Source: Piromyces finnis finn (lineage: Eukaryota; Fungi; Neocallimastigomycota). From it: a DNA stretch of 64,000 nt. Location of the stretch: contig MCFH01000087.1 in the NCBI GenBank assembly GCA_002104945.1, positions 65,308 to 129,307 of the forward strand. The letters run 5' to 3'. A program made the position numbers and the translations under genes. The stretch's first letter is position 1, and every line of letters begins with the position of its first letter. Positions 1 to 11,574 of this stretch are shown here, in pieces. The notes beneath the pieces are model-generated. The model had not been told where the DNA came from. It searched no databases and saw nothing but the letters and a program-made list of their open reading frames with translations.

Positions 1-49
1 TCCTATTAATTAGTATATTTAGTATAATTATCTTATTTATTTACTAAAT

Positions 50-901
50 ATGACTGAAAATAAAAACAATTTTGAAAGAGCCGCTAGTATGGCTAAAGAA
101 ATAAGCCCTCTTGGCAAGAAAGATACTAAGTTCTTCAGATGGAAAATGGAACTTGAAGATATCTTAGAAGACTTAGCTCTTTCTGAAAAAGAAAAGAAGA
201 GAATTGCTTTGCTTGCTACTACCGGTAACTCAAAGGATCTTTGTAGTGATATTTATTATGAAGATAGATCCCTATCTTATAATGAATTTATCAATAAAAT
301 ATCTAACTTATTTGAGGATGATAAAACCTCTAATAGAAACCTAAATAAGTTAGAAAAAATAAAAGTAAACAAAAGCTCTGTTAGAGAATTTAACCGTTCT
401 TTTAACGACCTTTTGAAAGAAATTAAAGAAAGGGACAAGCCTTCTGAAGAAAGACTTGTTTTTCTTTATACAAAAGCTTTTAATAGGAGAACTTCTATAT
501 TAAATTCTCTTATTAACAAACAACCAAAAACTTTAAAGGATGCTATGGTCATTGCTATTAAAGCAGATGAGCTTCTATCTGCTTATGAAAGTGATGATGA
601 ATATGTACCCAATAAAAGAACTCAAAACAAAAATAATTATTAAGAGAAAAATAGAAGTTGAAGATAAAACCTCTTATAATAATAACGAAAATAATAGTAG
701 TACTGATAATGAAAAGACTACTAAAGAAGAAGCTAAAGAATCAGATCTGGATGCTTTGACCAAAAGCTTTGCCCAGATGAAAATTCATATCTGCACCGTT
801 GTAACCAGAAAGGACATGATGCCCGCTTCTGCCCAAACGAAATGACCGATGTGAACAAAATCATAGCTACCCTCCTCAAAACCCAAAACCATTTAAATTA
901 A
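50..901 (+). pseudogene. gag: gag of element B, broken by small indels
   Basis: ORFs 50-643 and 540-845 overlap in different frames. Restoring 1 nt in tgcaccgttgtaaccagaaaggacatgatgcccgcttctgc gives C-T-R-C-N-Q-K-G-H-D-A-R-F-C (CX2CX4HX4C). Stop TAA at 899-901. Confidence 0.8.
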
Positions 902-930
902 ATGGGGGAAGTTCTCAATCTTCCCCTTCT
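892..930 (+). promoter_or_regulatory. -1 ribosomal frameshift signal of element B
   Basis: T TTA AAT heptamer (892-898) directly before the gag stop, followed by hairpin GGGGAAG-ttctcaat-CTTCCCC. Confidence 0.65.
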
Positions 931-1126
931 AACTCCAAAATTGATAATAACCAAACCCACAACATCAACAACATTAATGAGCAAATCTATGTTGATGATA
1001 CACGTGATTCCCATAAAACAAAAAAATTTCCAAATTCTAAAGAAAAATTCTCTGACCCTTTGGTGGATGATCCAATCAATGAAAATGATAAGGATTATGT
1101 TAAACGTGATCACGTGACAAATACAG

Positions 1127-1696
1127 TGATATGAAATTAATATGTCTAGCTACATATTAGCCAATATTTAAAATAATTTTTATTATTTAAAATATTCAAT
1201 TTCATCTTTAGAAATTTATATATAATATTTCATAATAATAATATAATAATTGATATATATTATAATACATTATTTATATATTAGTTATAGAATTCATGTA
1301 CATATTTCATTATATTCTTAAATATTAATATTATATATTAGTATTAATTTTATTGTAATACTTATTTGTATTACATTACCTTTCCTTATATAGTAATATT
1401 TCATATAAAATGTAAAATATATAATATTATATCCTATTTAATTATTATTCATATATTATGAATACATTACATTATATAATTGATATTCAATTATAGGAAT
1501 TTTATAATATAAAAATATTCATGTAAAAATAATTAATAATTAGAAAGGGAAGAGCTTTAATAATTAATAAGAAAATATTATAAGTGAAATTATTAATAAG
1601 AGAGAAGTTAATAGTAATAAAATATTTTTCACCTAATATAATAAATTATAAATAAACTAATATTAAATTACTACAACATAAAAGAAACTTATATCA
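1127..1696 (+). repeat. 5' LTR of element A
   Basis: Direct repeat of 8236-8805 with TGATAT/ATATCA termini. Confidence 0.97.
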
Positions 1697-1699
1697 AAT

Positions 1700-1716
1700 T
1701 GGTGCGAAGTGTGAGG
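1700..1716 (+). promoter_or_regulatory. tRNA primer-binding site of element A
   Basis: TGGTGCGAAGTGTGAGG starts 3 nt after the LTR. Its complement is CCUCACACUUCGCA-CCA, shaped like a tRNA 3' end. Confidence 0.8.
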
Positions 1717-2253
1717 TTGTAGAATAAAAGATATTAATATTAGTTAATTAAATCTATAATATAGGTGAATTTAATTATTTAGTTTGAGTGTTTTATTATT
1801 AAGTGGAAAATAAACGCGATATTATTGAATTGAATTAATTGTTATTTTTATTTTCTTTATTTTACCTTTGTATTTTGTGAAATTTAGAGTATTTACTTTA
1901 GTCAAGTTATATTCTAATATCCACAAGAATATTATTATTAATACAATTTTATTATTTTTATATAATTGAATAAGAGAAACTGGGGAAATCGGACCAGAAT
2001 AAAAACGATTAATCTTTTATTCATATATGTTTATTAGTTGGTAGATTATTTATTTTATTTTTATTCAATAGTTTGAAAAGTTTTATGTTATATTACTATA
2101 TAACATTATATTATATATAAAGAATTTTATATTTAAGAATTATTATTACATATTTTATAATATTTTTACTTATTTTATAATATCTGATTAAGCTTACTAC
2201 CAACTATATTAGTTATAGTGAGTTTTATTTTAAAGAAATTTTCATATTATTTT

Positions 2254-2440
2254 AAGTGAATTAAAATATTGTATTCTCTTACTTATTTTAATTCTAATTA
2301 TTTTATAATTATCATTATCTAAGTGAATTAAAATATTGTATCTTCTTACTTATTTTAATTCTAACTATTTTAATTATTTTATTTTATTTTATTTTATTTA
2401 AAGAGAATTAAAATATTGTATTATTTACATTATTTTAATC
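2254..2440 (+). repeat. ~67-80-bp degenerate tandem repeat (3 copies) in the 5' UTR of element A
   Basis: aagtgaattaaaatattgta… at 2254 and 2321, with a diverged copy at 2401. Confidence 0.75.
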
Positions 2441-2535
2441 TTATAATTAAGAATTACATTTATTTTTATTTTATTTTTTTTTTTTATTTCATATAATATT
2501 ACCAATTAATTATTTATTCTATTTTCAATTCAATA

Positions 2536-3465
2536 ATGGGTGAATTTAAAATTCCACTTCCAACAATTGGAGGAACTAACCAAGATGTAGATACCTGGGT
2601 GGATCTTTTAGAAAATTGGTTAGCTATAGAAAAGGTAGCTAATGAAGATATCTACCGTTATATTTTGGCTAGTACGCGTGAAGAAGCTACCAAAGCGATT
2701 CTGGAACATAGGAGAAAAGTAAATAGAGACTTATCTCTTAATGAATGTAAAGTAATACTTATGAAGAAATATCATTCAAACAATGATAAAGCTGCCAAAT
2801 TTAGGAAATTAAAAATGTTAAAAATTGAAGTTAATGAAAATGTATTAGAATTTGATAAAAAGTTTATGAAGCTTTATGATGATCTGCCAGATGAATTCAA
2901 AGACAAGATTTCTGTGTATGACTATGAATTCGCTCTAGTTGCACAAGATGATGTTTATGAAAAGGTTGCATTCGCAGATCCAAAATCAATTGAAGATGCT
3001 ATGGGGATTGCTGAAAGATATTATGAAATTCATAATGGTCCAAATCTTAGAGCTAGTACTTCGTCTATGAACTACCGTCGTACTAATAATAACAATTATA
3101 ATAATTCGAATTATACTTATAGTAGGCCTAGATATTCGAATAATTACAATAATTACAATCCTCCACATAATATTAAAGTAAATAATAATGTTAATAATAA
3201 TAGTAATAATAATGGTAATAATGTTAATTATAGTAAAAGCTATAATAGTATGAATAATGGTGCTAGTACACAATATTCTAATATATCAAATTCTAATAAT
3301 AATACAAGATTAACTACTAGCATTAATAATCAAAATGATGAAATGAATGATTTGATTAACGGAATGCAGAACTTACACATAAAGACCTGTTATTTCTGCC
3401 ATGAACCAGGTCATATTGCCAGATTTTGCCCACACATGAACTCTACATATTATACAAAAAACTAG
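2536..3465 (+). CDS. gag: Gag of element A (309 aa)
   Basis: C-terminal CYFCHEPGHIARFC zinc knuckle, Asn-rich linker, position between PBS and pol. Confidence 0.92.
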   Translation: MGEFKIPLPTIGGTNQDVDTWVDLLENWLAIEKVANEDIYRYILASTREEATKAILEHRRKVNRDLSLNECKVILMKKYHSNNDKAAKFRKLKMLKIEVNENVLEFDKKFMKLYDDLPDEFKDKISVYDYEFALVAQDDVYEKVAFADPKSIEDAMGIAERYYEIHNGPNLRASTSSMNYRRTNNNNYNNSNYTYSRPRYSNNYNNYNPPHNIKVNNNVNNNSNNNGNNVNYSKSYNSMNNGASTQYSNISNSNNNTRLTTSINNQNDEMNDLINGMQNLHIKTCYFCHEPGHIARFCPHMNSTYYTKN

Positions 3466-6400
3466 GTTATGGAAGAGGGCAAACTTCCGTTAATCAAACT
3501 GCCAACACTAATAATAACTATTACTATAATAATAATAATACAATGAATCCCGATGTTACAGCAACTACTTATTCACCTAATTATGAAGCTATTGTTGCTG
3601 CAGCTAAAAGACATCGAGATGAGAAATTAAAAGCTAAAAATCCATATTCCAGAATTCCTAATACAGAAAGAGAAAAGAATAATTTTAAAAATATTAATAC
3701 TAATATTAACACTAATAATAACATTAATAATATGAATAAAACTAATTTAAATAATAATATGAATAATAACAATTTTAATAATATGAATAGCAATATGACA
3801 AATGAAAATAATTTTAACAATAATATTAGTAATAATTTTGATGATATCTATAATAATAATTTTAATACCAATAATAATACTAATAATTCTAGTAATAATT
3901 TTAACAATAATAATTTAAATAATAATGATAATAATAATATTAATAACAATATCAATATCAATAATAAAAATAATTATAGCAATATTAAAGATAACACTTC
4001 GGATAATAATAATAATGAAAAAGATATAAATAATAATATAAAATTGAATAATAATATTAATGATAATTCAATTGATAAGAATAATAAAACCAGGAAAGTA
4101 AATTTTAAATTAGAAAATGAAGATAAATCAAAGAAAAATAAGACTACTAGTTTAAATACCGATATAGATATGAAAGAAGCTAATAAGGTAAAGAAAACGC
4201 GTAAAAACACGCGTATAAATGAAGAATCCACTTTGGAAAATATATTACCTAGTGATAATTCTAATAGTATAAAAACAAAAACTTCAATCCAAATGCTAAA
4301 AGATTCAGAAGAATATAATATATGTACCGATTTATTAAATACTCCAGCTAATATTACTTTTGGACAACTTTTAGGTGTTAGTAAAACGTCCAAAGCTGAA
4401 TTAATTAAGGGATTAAAGAATTTAAAGTTGGATAATATTACTATTAGTACCACTGAAGTTGATGAAAATAATAATAATTTGTATAAATTAAATAATAATT
4501 TCATTAATATCGATGGAAGAACCAAAGTAAACGATCATGATGTTGCAGTTGTTCATGGTACAATCAATTCCCATTCAGCAGCTATATTTATTGATGCATG
4601 TAGTAATACAAATTTAATTACGCGCTCCTTTTTAGATAATAAAATTAAAGATTTTGAAATTGTAGGACAAATTAGAGGAAGAATAAGACAAGCAATGGTT
4701 GATGATGTTGCTAGAGTATATGATCTAGTGAAACTTCATGTAAAAATAGGCAAAATTGAATTTGATTCTATATTTAGAATATCAGATAAAAACGATTCAT
4801 TTTATGATGCTATTATTGGATTTAAAACACAAAATGAAAATCGCATTATGATTGATACAGTTGATAAAACATTAATTTTGAAATCTTCTGATAATAAATT
4901 TATTCCTATTGTTGATGTTGAAGATATTTCTATATTTCAATCCCAAGCTCTTTCTTGCTATTCCAATGATGTAGAAGATATTTATTTTGATTATGAAGAT
5001 ATAACCGCTAGTACTATTTTAGCTGTAGTTGAAGAAAATAGATCTAACAAAATAGAAAATAATAATAATAATAAAATGGATATTATTAATAATATAATTT
5101 CTAATATCAAAGTTGATAACGATGTTGATAAAAATTTATTTAGTTCTCTTCTTAAAAATTTTAATGATGTTATTGCTGTATCTTCTGATGATTTGGAACC
5201 ATCAAATTTGTTACCACACCACATTATTTTGGAGGATAATGTGCGCCCTATTAAACAAAAAGCTTATAATATTTCACAAGTTCAATTATCAGGTTTAAAA
5301 GAAGAATTAGAAAAACTAATTAATAAAGGTCTAATTGAACCGTCTCATTCTCCGTGGGCTTCTCCAGTGGTTATGGTTAAGAAGAAAAATGGAAAATGGC
5401 GCCTTTGCATTGATTTTAGAAAATTAAATAATGTAACTGTTAAAGATGCATACGCCCTACCTAAAATCAAAGAAATTTTTGACTCACTTAAAGATTCAAA
5501 AATCTTTTCAACAATCGATTTATTTAGTGGATATCATCAAATTCCTATGTTCAAAGAAGATATGGATAAAACTTCTTTTACCACTAAATTTGGTAACTAT
5601 TATTTTAAAGTTATGCCTTTTGGATTAACTAATGCTCCTGCCACTTTTCAGCGCGAAATGAATCGTATCTTTTTCGATTTAATTAATGAATGTGTTCAAA
5701 TATATTTAGATGATATTATTATTTATTCTCCTAGTTTTGAAAATCATATTAATGACTTAAGAAAAGTTTTTACTATTTTACGTAATAACAAATTAAAGTT
5801 AAATATTGAGAAATGTTCTTTTTGTCAACTTGAAATAGAGGCTTTAGGTCATCGGGTTACTATTGATGGTTTACTTCCTTTGGAAAAGAAAGTCGCATCT
5901 ATTAAAGAAATGAACCCACCACGAGATATTTCTGAACTACGTTCATTTTTAGGTATGACTAGTTATTACAGAAATTTTATTGAAAATTATTCTGCTATTG
6001 CAGCTCCTCTTTGCAAACTATTAAAGAAAAAAATTAAATATGAATGGACAGAAATTCAAGAACAAAGTTTCAGAAATCTGATATATTGCCTAGTTAATGC
6101 ACCAATTCTTTGTTTTCCTAAATTTGATGTTCCTTTTATAATTAGATCTGATGCTTGTGGATATGGAATTGGTGGTGTTTTACTACAGTTATATGATGAC
6201 AATATTGAGCATCCAGTTTATTTTGTTAGTAGAAGTATTAAGAAAACGGAAGAAAATTATACCACTACTGAATTAGAAGGTACTGCTGCTTATTATTGTC
6301 TTTTACAATTTGAACCATATATTCTAGGGAATCCATTTCAAACCATTCTTTATACTGATCATGAACCTTTAGTTCCCATCATTAAGAAAGGAGAACCGAA

Positions 6401-7889
6401 TACAAAGAAACATCAACGCTGGTGTGATAAATTTAGTCAATTAAAAGTTAATATTATTTATCAACCAGGAAAAGCTAATAAAATTGCTGATGCTTTATCC
6501 AGAATAACTTTGAAAGAGAATTTAATTGTTAACACTACTATTTCTGATGGTAATGACAATAATAATAAAGATGAGAATAATAGTAACATTAATAAGCTTA
6601 TTGCTAATAATTTGGATAATTTGGAAATTAATAATAATAATAATAATAATGATAATAATAATAATAATATCAATAATATCGATATTTCCAACAAAACCAA
6701 TAGTTCCAATTTTACCGAGGAGGAGAACGAAAAATTTGTTTCCGATTTTATGAAAAAATTTTTAAATGATAAAATTGTCACTATTGACAATAAATTATAT
6801 TTCAAGGATAATAATAATTTTAGGGAGATTATTGATGACCCTTACACTAAAATTAAAATAATTGCAAAAGAGCATAGAATTGGACATGAAGGAGTACAGA
6901 AAACTTATGAAAGAATCAAAAACAAATTTTATTGGAAAAATTTAATCATTGATGTAAAAAAATATGTCTCCTTATGTAAAATATGTCAGTTAAATAAATC
7001 TGAGCCATTACCAAAGCCGACAGAAAAGTTTAGAACTCCTGTAGAAGCACCCTTTGTCAGACTTGGTCTTGATATTATAGGTCCATTAAGAGAAACCACA
7101 CTTGGGAATAAATATATAATGGTATGTGTGGATTACTTTACAAAATGGGTGGAAGCAAAACCAGTTAGAACTACTACTTCTCAAGACGTAACTAATTTCT
7201 TAGTTGAAGTATTTAGTAGGCATGGAACTCCACAATTAATAATAACAGATAATGGTGTACAATTTGTTTCAGAGTACACAAAAATATTTGTAGATCTTTA
7301 TGATGTATACATTCATTTCATTAGTACATACCATCCGGAATCTAATGGACTGGTGGAAAACAGAAACAGAGAAATTGGTAAGCAATTAAGAAATTTCTCT
7401 GATAACAATGAAAACTGGGATGTATTGTTACCAATTGCATTATGGGCTATTCGAACTTGTAAATCTGTTTCTACTGGTTATTCAAGTTTTGAACTCTTGT
7501 ATGGAAGATCAGAAAATATTCCAATTGATATAAATATAAGAAATTCAATATTAAGTATAGAAGAAAGATCAATAGAAGAATTATTAATGGAAAGATTTAT
7601 AGACCACGCCAAATGGGTAAAACAAGCTGCCAGTAAAATGCTAGGGACGATAAATTATTGGAAAAGTAGAAGATTAGCTCAACAAAGTATGAACAATAAA
7701 AATAACTACAAAATAGGGGATAAGGTAAAGATTAGGAACCAACAAAGAAACAAGTTAGAACCCTATTTTATTGGTCCTTTTATTATTAGAGAAATATCTT
7801 GGAACACAGCTAAATTACAAGATGAACTGACGGGACAATATTTAGAAAGAAATGTCCATTTTAAAAATATATTACCATTCAGGGAGTAG
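3426..7889 (+). CDS. pol: Pol of element A (PR-RT-RNaseH-IN), probably made as Gag-Pol by -1 frameshift
   Basis: IFIDACSNTN protease, WRLCIDFRKLN and YLDD RT motifs, SDACGYGIGGVL and TDH RNase H, H-X4-GH…CKIC zinc finger, LGLDIIGP / TDNG / E integrase core. No chromodomain. Confidence 0.96.
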   Translation: MPTHELYILYKKLGYGRGQTSVNQTANTNNNYYYNNNNTMNPDVTATTYSPNYEAIVAAAKRHRDEKLKAKNPYSRIPNTEREKNNFKNINTNINTNNNINNMNKTNLNNNMNNNNFNNMNSNMTNENNFNNNISNNFDDIYNNNFNTNNNTNNSSNNFNNNNLNNNDNNNINNNININNKNNYSNIKDNTSDNNNNEKDINNNIKLNNNINDNSIDKNNKTRKVNFKLENEDKSKKNKTTSLNTDIDMKEANKVKKTRKNTRINEESTLENILPSDNSNSIKTKTSIQMLKDSEEYNICTDLLNTPANITFGQLLGVSKTSKAELIKGLKNLKLDNITISTTEVDENNNNLYKLNNNFINIDGRTKVNDHDVAVVHGTINSHSAAIFIDACSNTNLITRSFLDNKIKDFEIVGQIRGRIRQAMVDDVARVYDLVKLHVKIGKIEFDSIFRISDKNDSFYDAIIGFKTQNENRIMIDTVDKTLILKSSDNKFIPIVDVEDISIFQSQALSCYSNDVEDIYFDYEDITASTILAVVEENRSNKIENNNNNKMDIINNIISNIKVDNDVDKNLFSSLLKNFNDVIAVSSDDLEPSNLLPHHIILEDNVRPIKQKAYNISQVQLSGLKEELEKLINKGLIEPSHSPWASPVVMVKKKNGKWRLCIDFRKLNNVTVKDAYALPKIKEIFDSLKDSKIFSTIDLFSGYHQIPMFKEDMDKTSFTTKFGNYYFKVMPFGLTNAPATFQREMNRIFFDLINECVQIYLDDIIIYSPSFENHINDLRKVFTILRNNKLKLNIEKCSFCQLEIEALGHRVTIDGLLPLEKKVASIKEMNPPRDISELRSFLGMTSYYRNFIENYSAIAAPLCKLLKKKIKYEWTEIQEQSFRNLIYCLVNAPILCFPKFDVPFIIRSDACGYGIGGVLLQLYDDNIEHPVYFVSRSIKKTEENYTTTELEGTAAYYCLLQFEPYILGNPFQTILYTDHEPLVPIIKKGEPNTKKHQRWCDKFSQLKVNIIYQPGKANKIADALSRITLKENLIVNTTISDGNDNNNKDENNSNINKLIANNLDNLEINNNNNNNDNNNNNINNIDISNKTNSSNFTEEENEKFVSDFMKKFLNDKIVTIDNKLYFKDNNNFREIIDDPYTKIKIIAKEHRIGHEGVQKTYERIKNKFYWKNLIIDVKKYVSLCKICQLNKSEPLPKPTEKFRTPVEAPFVRLGLDIIGPLRETTLGNKYIMVCVDYFTKWVEAKPVRTTTSQDVTNFLVEVFSRHGTPQLIITDNGVQFVSEYTKIFVDLYDVYIHFISTYHPESNGLVENRNREIGKQLRNFSDNNENWDVLLPIALWAIRTCKSVSTGYSSFELLYGRSENIPIDINIRNSILSIEERSIEELLMERFIDHAKWVKQAASKMLGTINYWKSRRLAQQSMNNKNNYKIGDKVKIRNQQRNKLEPYFIGPFIIREISWNTAKLQDELTGQYLERNVHFKNILPFRE
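3456..3501 (+). promoter_or_regulatory. -1 frameshift signal of element A (slippery site and H-type pseudoknot)
   Basis: A AAA AAC (3456-3462) before the gag TAG, 6-nt spacer, stem ATGGAAG/CTTCCGT, loop GGCA able to pair with downstream TGCC. The pol ORF is in the -1 frame. Confidence 0.8.
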
Positions 7890-8235
7890 AAATAAAATGA
7901 AATAAAATTATAAATGTATTAAAATATATATATACTAACTATATAAGTATATAATTATAATAATAAGTAAGAGGAAGATTGATAACTTAGTAGATTAATA
8001 ATTATATTAATTATTAATAATAATAGAAAGATATATACATATATATATAAACAAAACAAAAAAAAAAAAAAAAAAAAAATTTTTAAATATAAAAATTTTT
8101 ATAAAAATTTTTAATTTTTTTTTATATAATTATAAAAATATTTCAATATAAATTTTATTAAATTATTTCGCATATAATTATTTTAATTATATCAAATAAT
8201 TAATAATTATAGCTCAATTCTAGCAGGGAAGTTTC

Positions 8236-8805
8236 TGATATGAAATTAATATGTCTAGCTACATATTAGCCAATATTTAAAATAATTTTTATTATTTAAA
8301 ATATTCAATTTCATCTTTAGAAATTTATATATAATATTTCATAATAATAATATAATAATTGATATATATTATAATACATTATTTATATATTAGTTATAGA
8401 ATTCATGTACATATTTCATTATATTCTTAAATATTAATATTATATATTAGTATTAATTTTATTGTAATACTTATTTGTATTACATTACCTTTCCTTATAT
8501 AGTAATATTTCATATAAAATGTAAAATATATAATATTATATCCTATTTAATTATTATTCATATATTATGAATACATTACATTATATAATTGATATTCAAT
8601 TATAGGAATTTTATAATATAAAAATATTCATGTAAAAATAATTAATAATTAGAAAGGGAAGAGCTTTAATAATTAATAAGAAAATATTATAAGTGAAATT
8701 ATTAATAAGAGAGAAGTTAATAGTAATAAAATATTTTTCACCTAATATAATAAATTATAAATAAACTAATATTAAATTACTACAACATAAAAGAAACTTA
8801 TATCA
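8236..8805 (+). repeat. 3' LTR of element A
   Basis: Repeat of 1127-1696, preceded by purine-rich GCAGGGAAG. Confidence 0.97.
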
Positions 8806-8895
8806 ACAGTCGATGATAAGGACATCGAAAACCTTATTTATGCATTCAAGAGAAAAAGTTCTGAAGAAAGTGAAGAAAGTGATGATGAGGATCAC

Positions 8896-10572
8896 GTGAC
8901 TCAGTCGAAGAAAAAGAAACTTCGAGAAAATCCATTACCAATACACACAAAGGCCACTCAGATGAAAGAACAGCAAGAAATTCGTAATGAGAAAAATTCA
9001 AATTTTCATACCACTACTTCCCGCCTAGACATCTTAGACCCCTCGGTAATTGCAGGCAAGAATATTTCCTCTGCTAAGATGAAAAATAAAGAAACCAGAA
9101 ATAAAAGAAGAATTGGTCCAGATATACCAAGTAAACAGGACGAATTAGAAGAAGTTATAGATAGCAAAAAGTCTCCCAAAAACAACTATTATGACTTCCT
9201 ACGTTCTATTGTCATGTTGGGCAAAAATAAAGAATATAATATTTTTGATGCCCTTAATAATACAAATGCTGGTATCTCTTTTGCACAATTACTTGCAGTC
9301 AGTCCTATCATCAGAAGACTTTGTGCCAAAGGTTTAAAGCTTGATCCAAATGACGTTCGGAAAATAAACGCCATTCAAAATTTGGATCTTAATGATGATG
9401 ATATTAATTCATTTATTAATATCATTAATGAAAATTATAATAATAAAAATAATGAAAACAATGATGATGCTGATAATGACAATGATGATGATATTATCAA
9501 TATAGCAGATAACGAAATTAATGTCATTAATAAAATCAACATTGCTTCTGTCATTGGCTCAATTGATAATAACATTGTCCGAGTTTTAGTAGATACTGGT
9601 TCTGATGTTAATGTTATTACTAAATCCTTCTTTAATTTAATATCAGCAAATCATAATATTACACATTTTAAGAGAACTTTCTTTAAATTAGCTAGCAAAC
9701 AAGTTATTTCAACAAATCAAGCTGTTAATTTAACTCTTAAATTTGGTGATTTAAAAATCTATGCATTATTCTGGATTCTAGAAGATGAAGATTCATGTTA
9801 TGATATTATATTAGGTCGTCAATCTCAAAAGGATCACCGATTATACATTGATCCTGATGATGACTCTCTCTACATGAAAACTAATTCATCTCCTATTATG
9901 GTTGCTCGTCCCTCAAATTTTAAACAAAATAAAAATAATCTTTCAAATATTTCAATGATTCATTGTTTCAATCCATCAAATATTAATGAATCTCAATTTA
10001 ATTCATTTAATAATAATATCAAAATTCAAAATTTTAATTCGACTTTTAACAATAAAAACAAACTTTTATATTCAATTAAATTTCGACATTTATTCAAATT
10101 TAAAAATAAATATTTTTATCCAAAATATCACATTTTTCATTCAAATTTCAGCAAATTTCCAAAAAGAATTAAAAACGATTCACTTATTAAATTTTCAATT
10201 AATAAGTCAAATCTTGTCGGCCGTGATGAAGCAGAAAAAACGCCAATTATTCACGAAAAATGCCACAAAATCAAGATATATAAAAATAAAAGTAAAATTC
10301 TAAAATATAATCATTTGAATATTAATATTAACAGGAAATTAAAATCAAGAAAAAAGCGAAATAAACAAAATGATATAATCAAAAATTCATCAAATAATTC
10401 GTTTAAGAATATATATTTCAGTATAATAAAAAGTGTAAAAGAAAGTATTTCAAATTCAATTATTTTCAATCTAAAAGATTATATCAAATCAGTAACTTCA
10501 ATTTTAAAACGACATTATTTCGACATATTAAAATCAAAATTTCATCTATTTTCAAAGTTTAAAGAAAGATAA
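8896..10572 (+). CDS. Retroviral-type aspartic protease region with a ~220-aa basic low-complexity tail (element B). The listed start is a GTG inside a longer frame.
   Basis: VLVDTGSDVN and YDIILGRQ protease motifs, plus the ISFAQLLAVSP block shared with pol of A and C. No RT motif follows. Confidence 0.85.
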   Translation: MTQSKKKKLRENPLPIHTKATQMKEQQEIRNEKNSNFHTTTSRLDILDPSVIAGKNISSAKMKNKETRNKRRIGPDIPSKQDELEEVIDSKKSPKNNYYDFLRSIVMLGKNKEYNIFDALNNTNAGISFAQLLAVSPIIRRLCAKGLKLDPNDVRKINAIQNLDLNDDDINSFINIINENYNNKNNENNDDADNDNDDDIINIADNEINVINKINIASVIGSIDNNIVRVLVDTGSDVNVITKSFFNLISANHNITHFKRTFFKLASKQVISTNQAVNLTLKFGDLKIYALFWILEDEDSCYDIILGRQSQKDHRLYIDPDDDSLYMKTNSSPIMVARPSNFKQNKNNLSNISMIHCFNPSNINESQFNSFNNNIKIQNFNSTFNNKNKLLYSIKFRHLFKFKNKYFYPKYHIFHSNFSKFPKRIKNDSLIKFSINKSNLVGRDEAEKTPIIHEKCHKIKIYKNKSKILKYNHLNININRKLKSRKKRNKQNDIIKNSSNNSFKNIYFSIIKSVKESISNSIIFNLKDYIKSVTSILKRHYFDILKSKFHLFSKFKER

Positions 10573-10917
10573 AACCACATTAAACATTTATATACAAATA
10601 ATACGACAATTACATTACAAAAATATATAAAAACACAAAAATATTTACACTACGACATTTAACAAAATTTCACTTCATTTTTTTTATTTCTCTTTGAAAA
10701 AAAAAAATTTTATTAATAAAAATTTTCAAATTTTTCATCATTTTTTTATAAACCTTATTTTATATTATTTTTATCATATATATATATATATATATAGAAA
10801 AAAAAAATTTAAATTTTTAAATATTTAGTATAAAAATATCAAAAACTTATATATTTATTATTATTTATGAATATTTTTATCAGCTACCACTAAGTCGTAT
10901 CTTAGGGGAGGAAATCT

Positions 10918-11538
10918 TGATAAATAATAATTATAAATATATTATAAATTTGATATTAGTAGAAAATTTTATTATAAAATAATTATTAAATAATTTTATA
11001 TAGTTTATTATAAAAATATAATTTACATAAAATCAAATATTTTATAAATTTATATATTTGATTGGGTTAAATTATAAAAATAATTTTTAATATAAAGAAT
11101 AATAATAATTTTTAGTAGAAAATAAGAAGACTTAGATTATTAATAATAAGTTAAATTTTAATAATAGTTAATATAATTAATTAGTGAATACATAATAATA
11201 TTTAAAAGACAAAAATAAGTTTTTATATAATAAAAATTATTGTTAAAAAGAGCGTAAGAACAATAAATAAAAGAAAATATAAAAACGAAATTAAACTTGT
11301 CTAATTTGTAATTATTGTGTTAATAATAAATAATATTTTATAGAATAAATCTGGTGTTATTATTCTATATAAATATTATTAAAATAATAAAACTATTAAA
11401 ACTATAAAATAACTTAAAATAAATTAATAAAACTAGTAGATATTGTTAAAGCTCGTACAATAGCTGTCGAGATAAAACAATATAAGATAACAGAAGAAGT
11501 AGTTAAAAAGTTATAATATAACTACCAATCCGTTATCA
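10918..11538 (+). repeat. 3' LTR of element B (621 bp)
   Basis: TGATAA…TTATCA termini. A second diverged copy lies at 33356-33972. Confidence 0.9.
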
Positions 11539-11574
11539 ACAATGATGCGTTGACCGATACATTTTTGAATAATA

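Larger units (their letters stand above)
1..1126 (+). mobile_element. 5' part of Ty3/gypsy LTR element B (gag and start of pro), interrupted by element A
   Basis: Gag-like ORF 50-643 and a frameshifted CCHC knuckle at ~790-840. The post-gag frame (…KRDHVTNT|VDDKDIENL…) reads through when 1126 is joined to 8810 across the ACAG duplication. The 5' LTR is outside the window. Confidence 0.85.
1127..8805 (+). mobile_element. Intact Ty3/gypsy LTR retrotransposon A (non-chromovirus)
   Basis: Two 570-bp LTRs (TGATAT…ATATCA) with no difference seen by eye, 4-bp TSD ACAG (1123-1126 and 8806-8809), PBS, purine tract before the 3' LTR, open gag and pol in PR-RT-RH-IN order. Confidence 0.97.
8810..11538 (+). 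mobile_element. 3' part of element B: protease ORF, no RT/RH/IN, PPT and 3' LTR
   Basis: Continues the frame from 1126. AGGGGAGGAAA purine tract at ~10904-10914, then LTR TGATAA…TTATCA. Confidence 0.85.
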
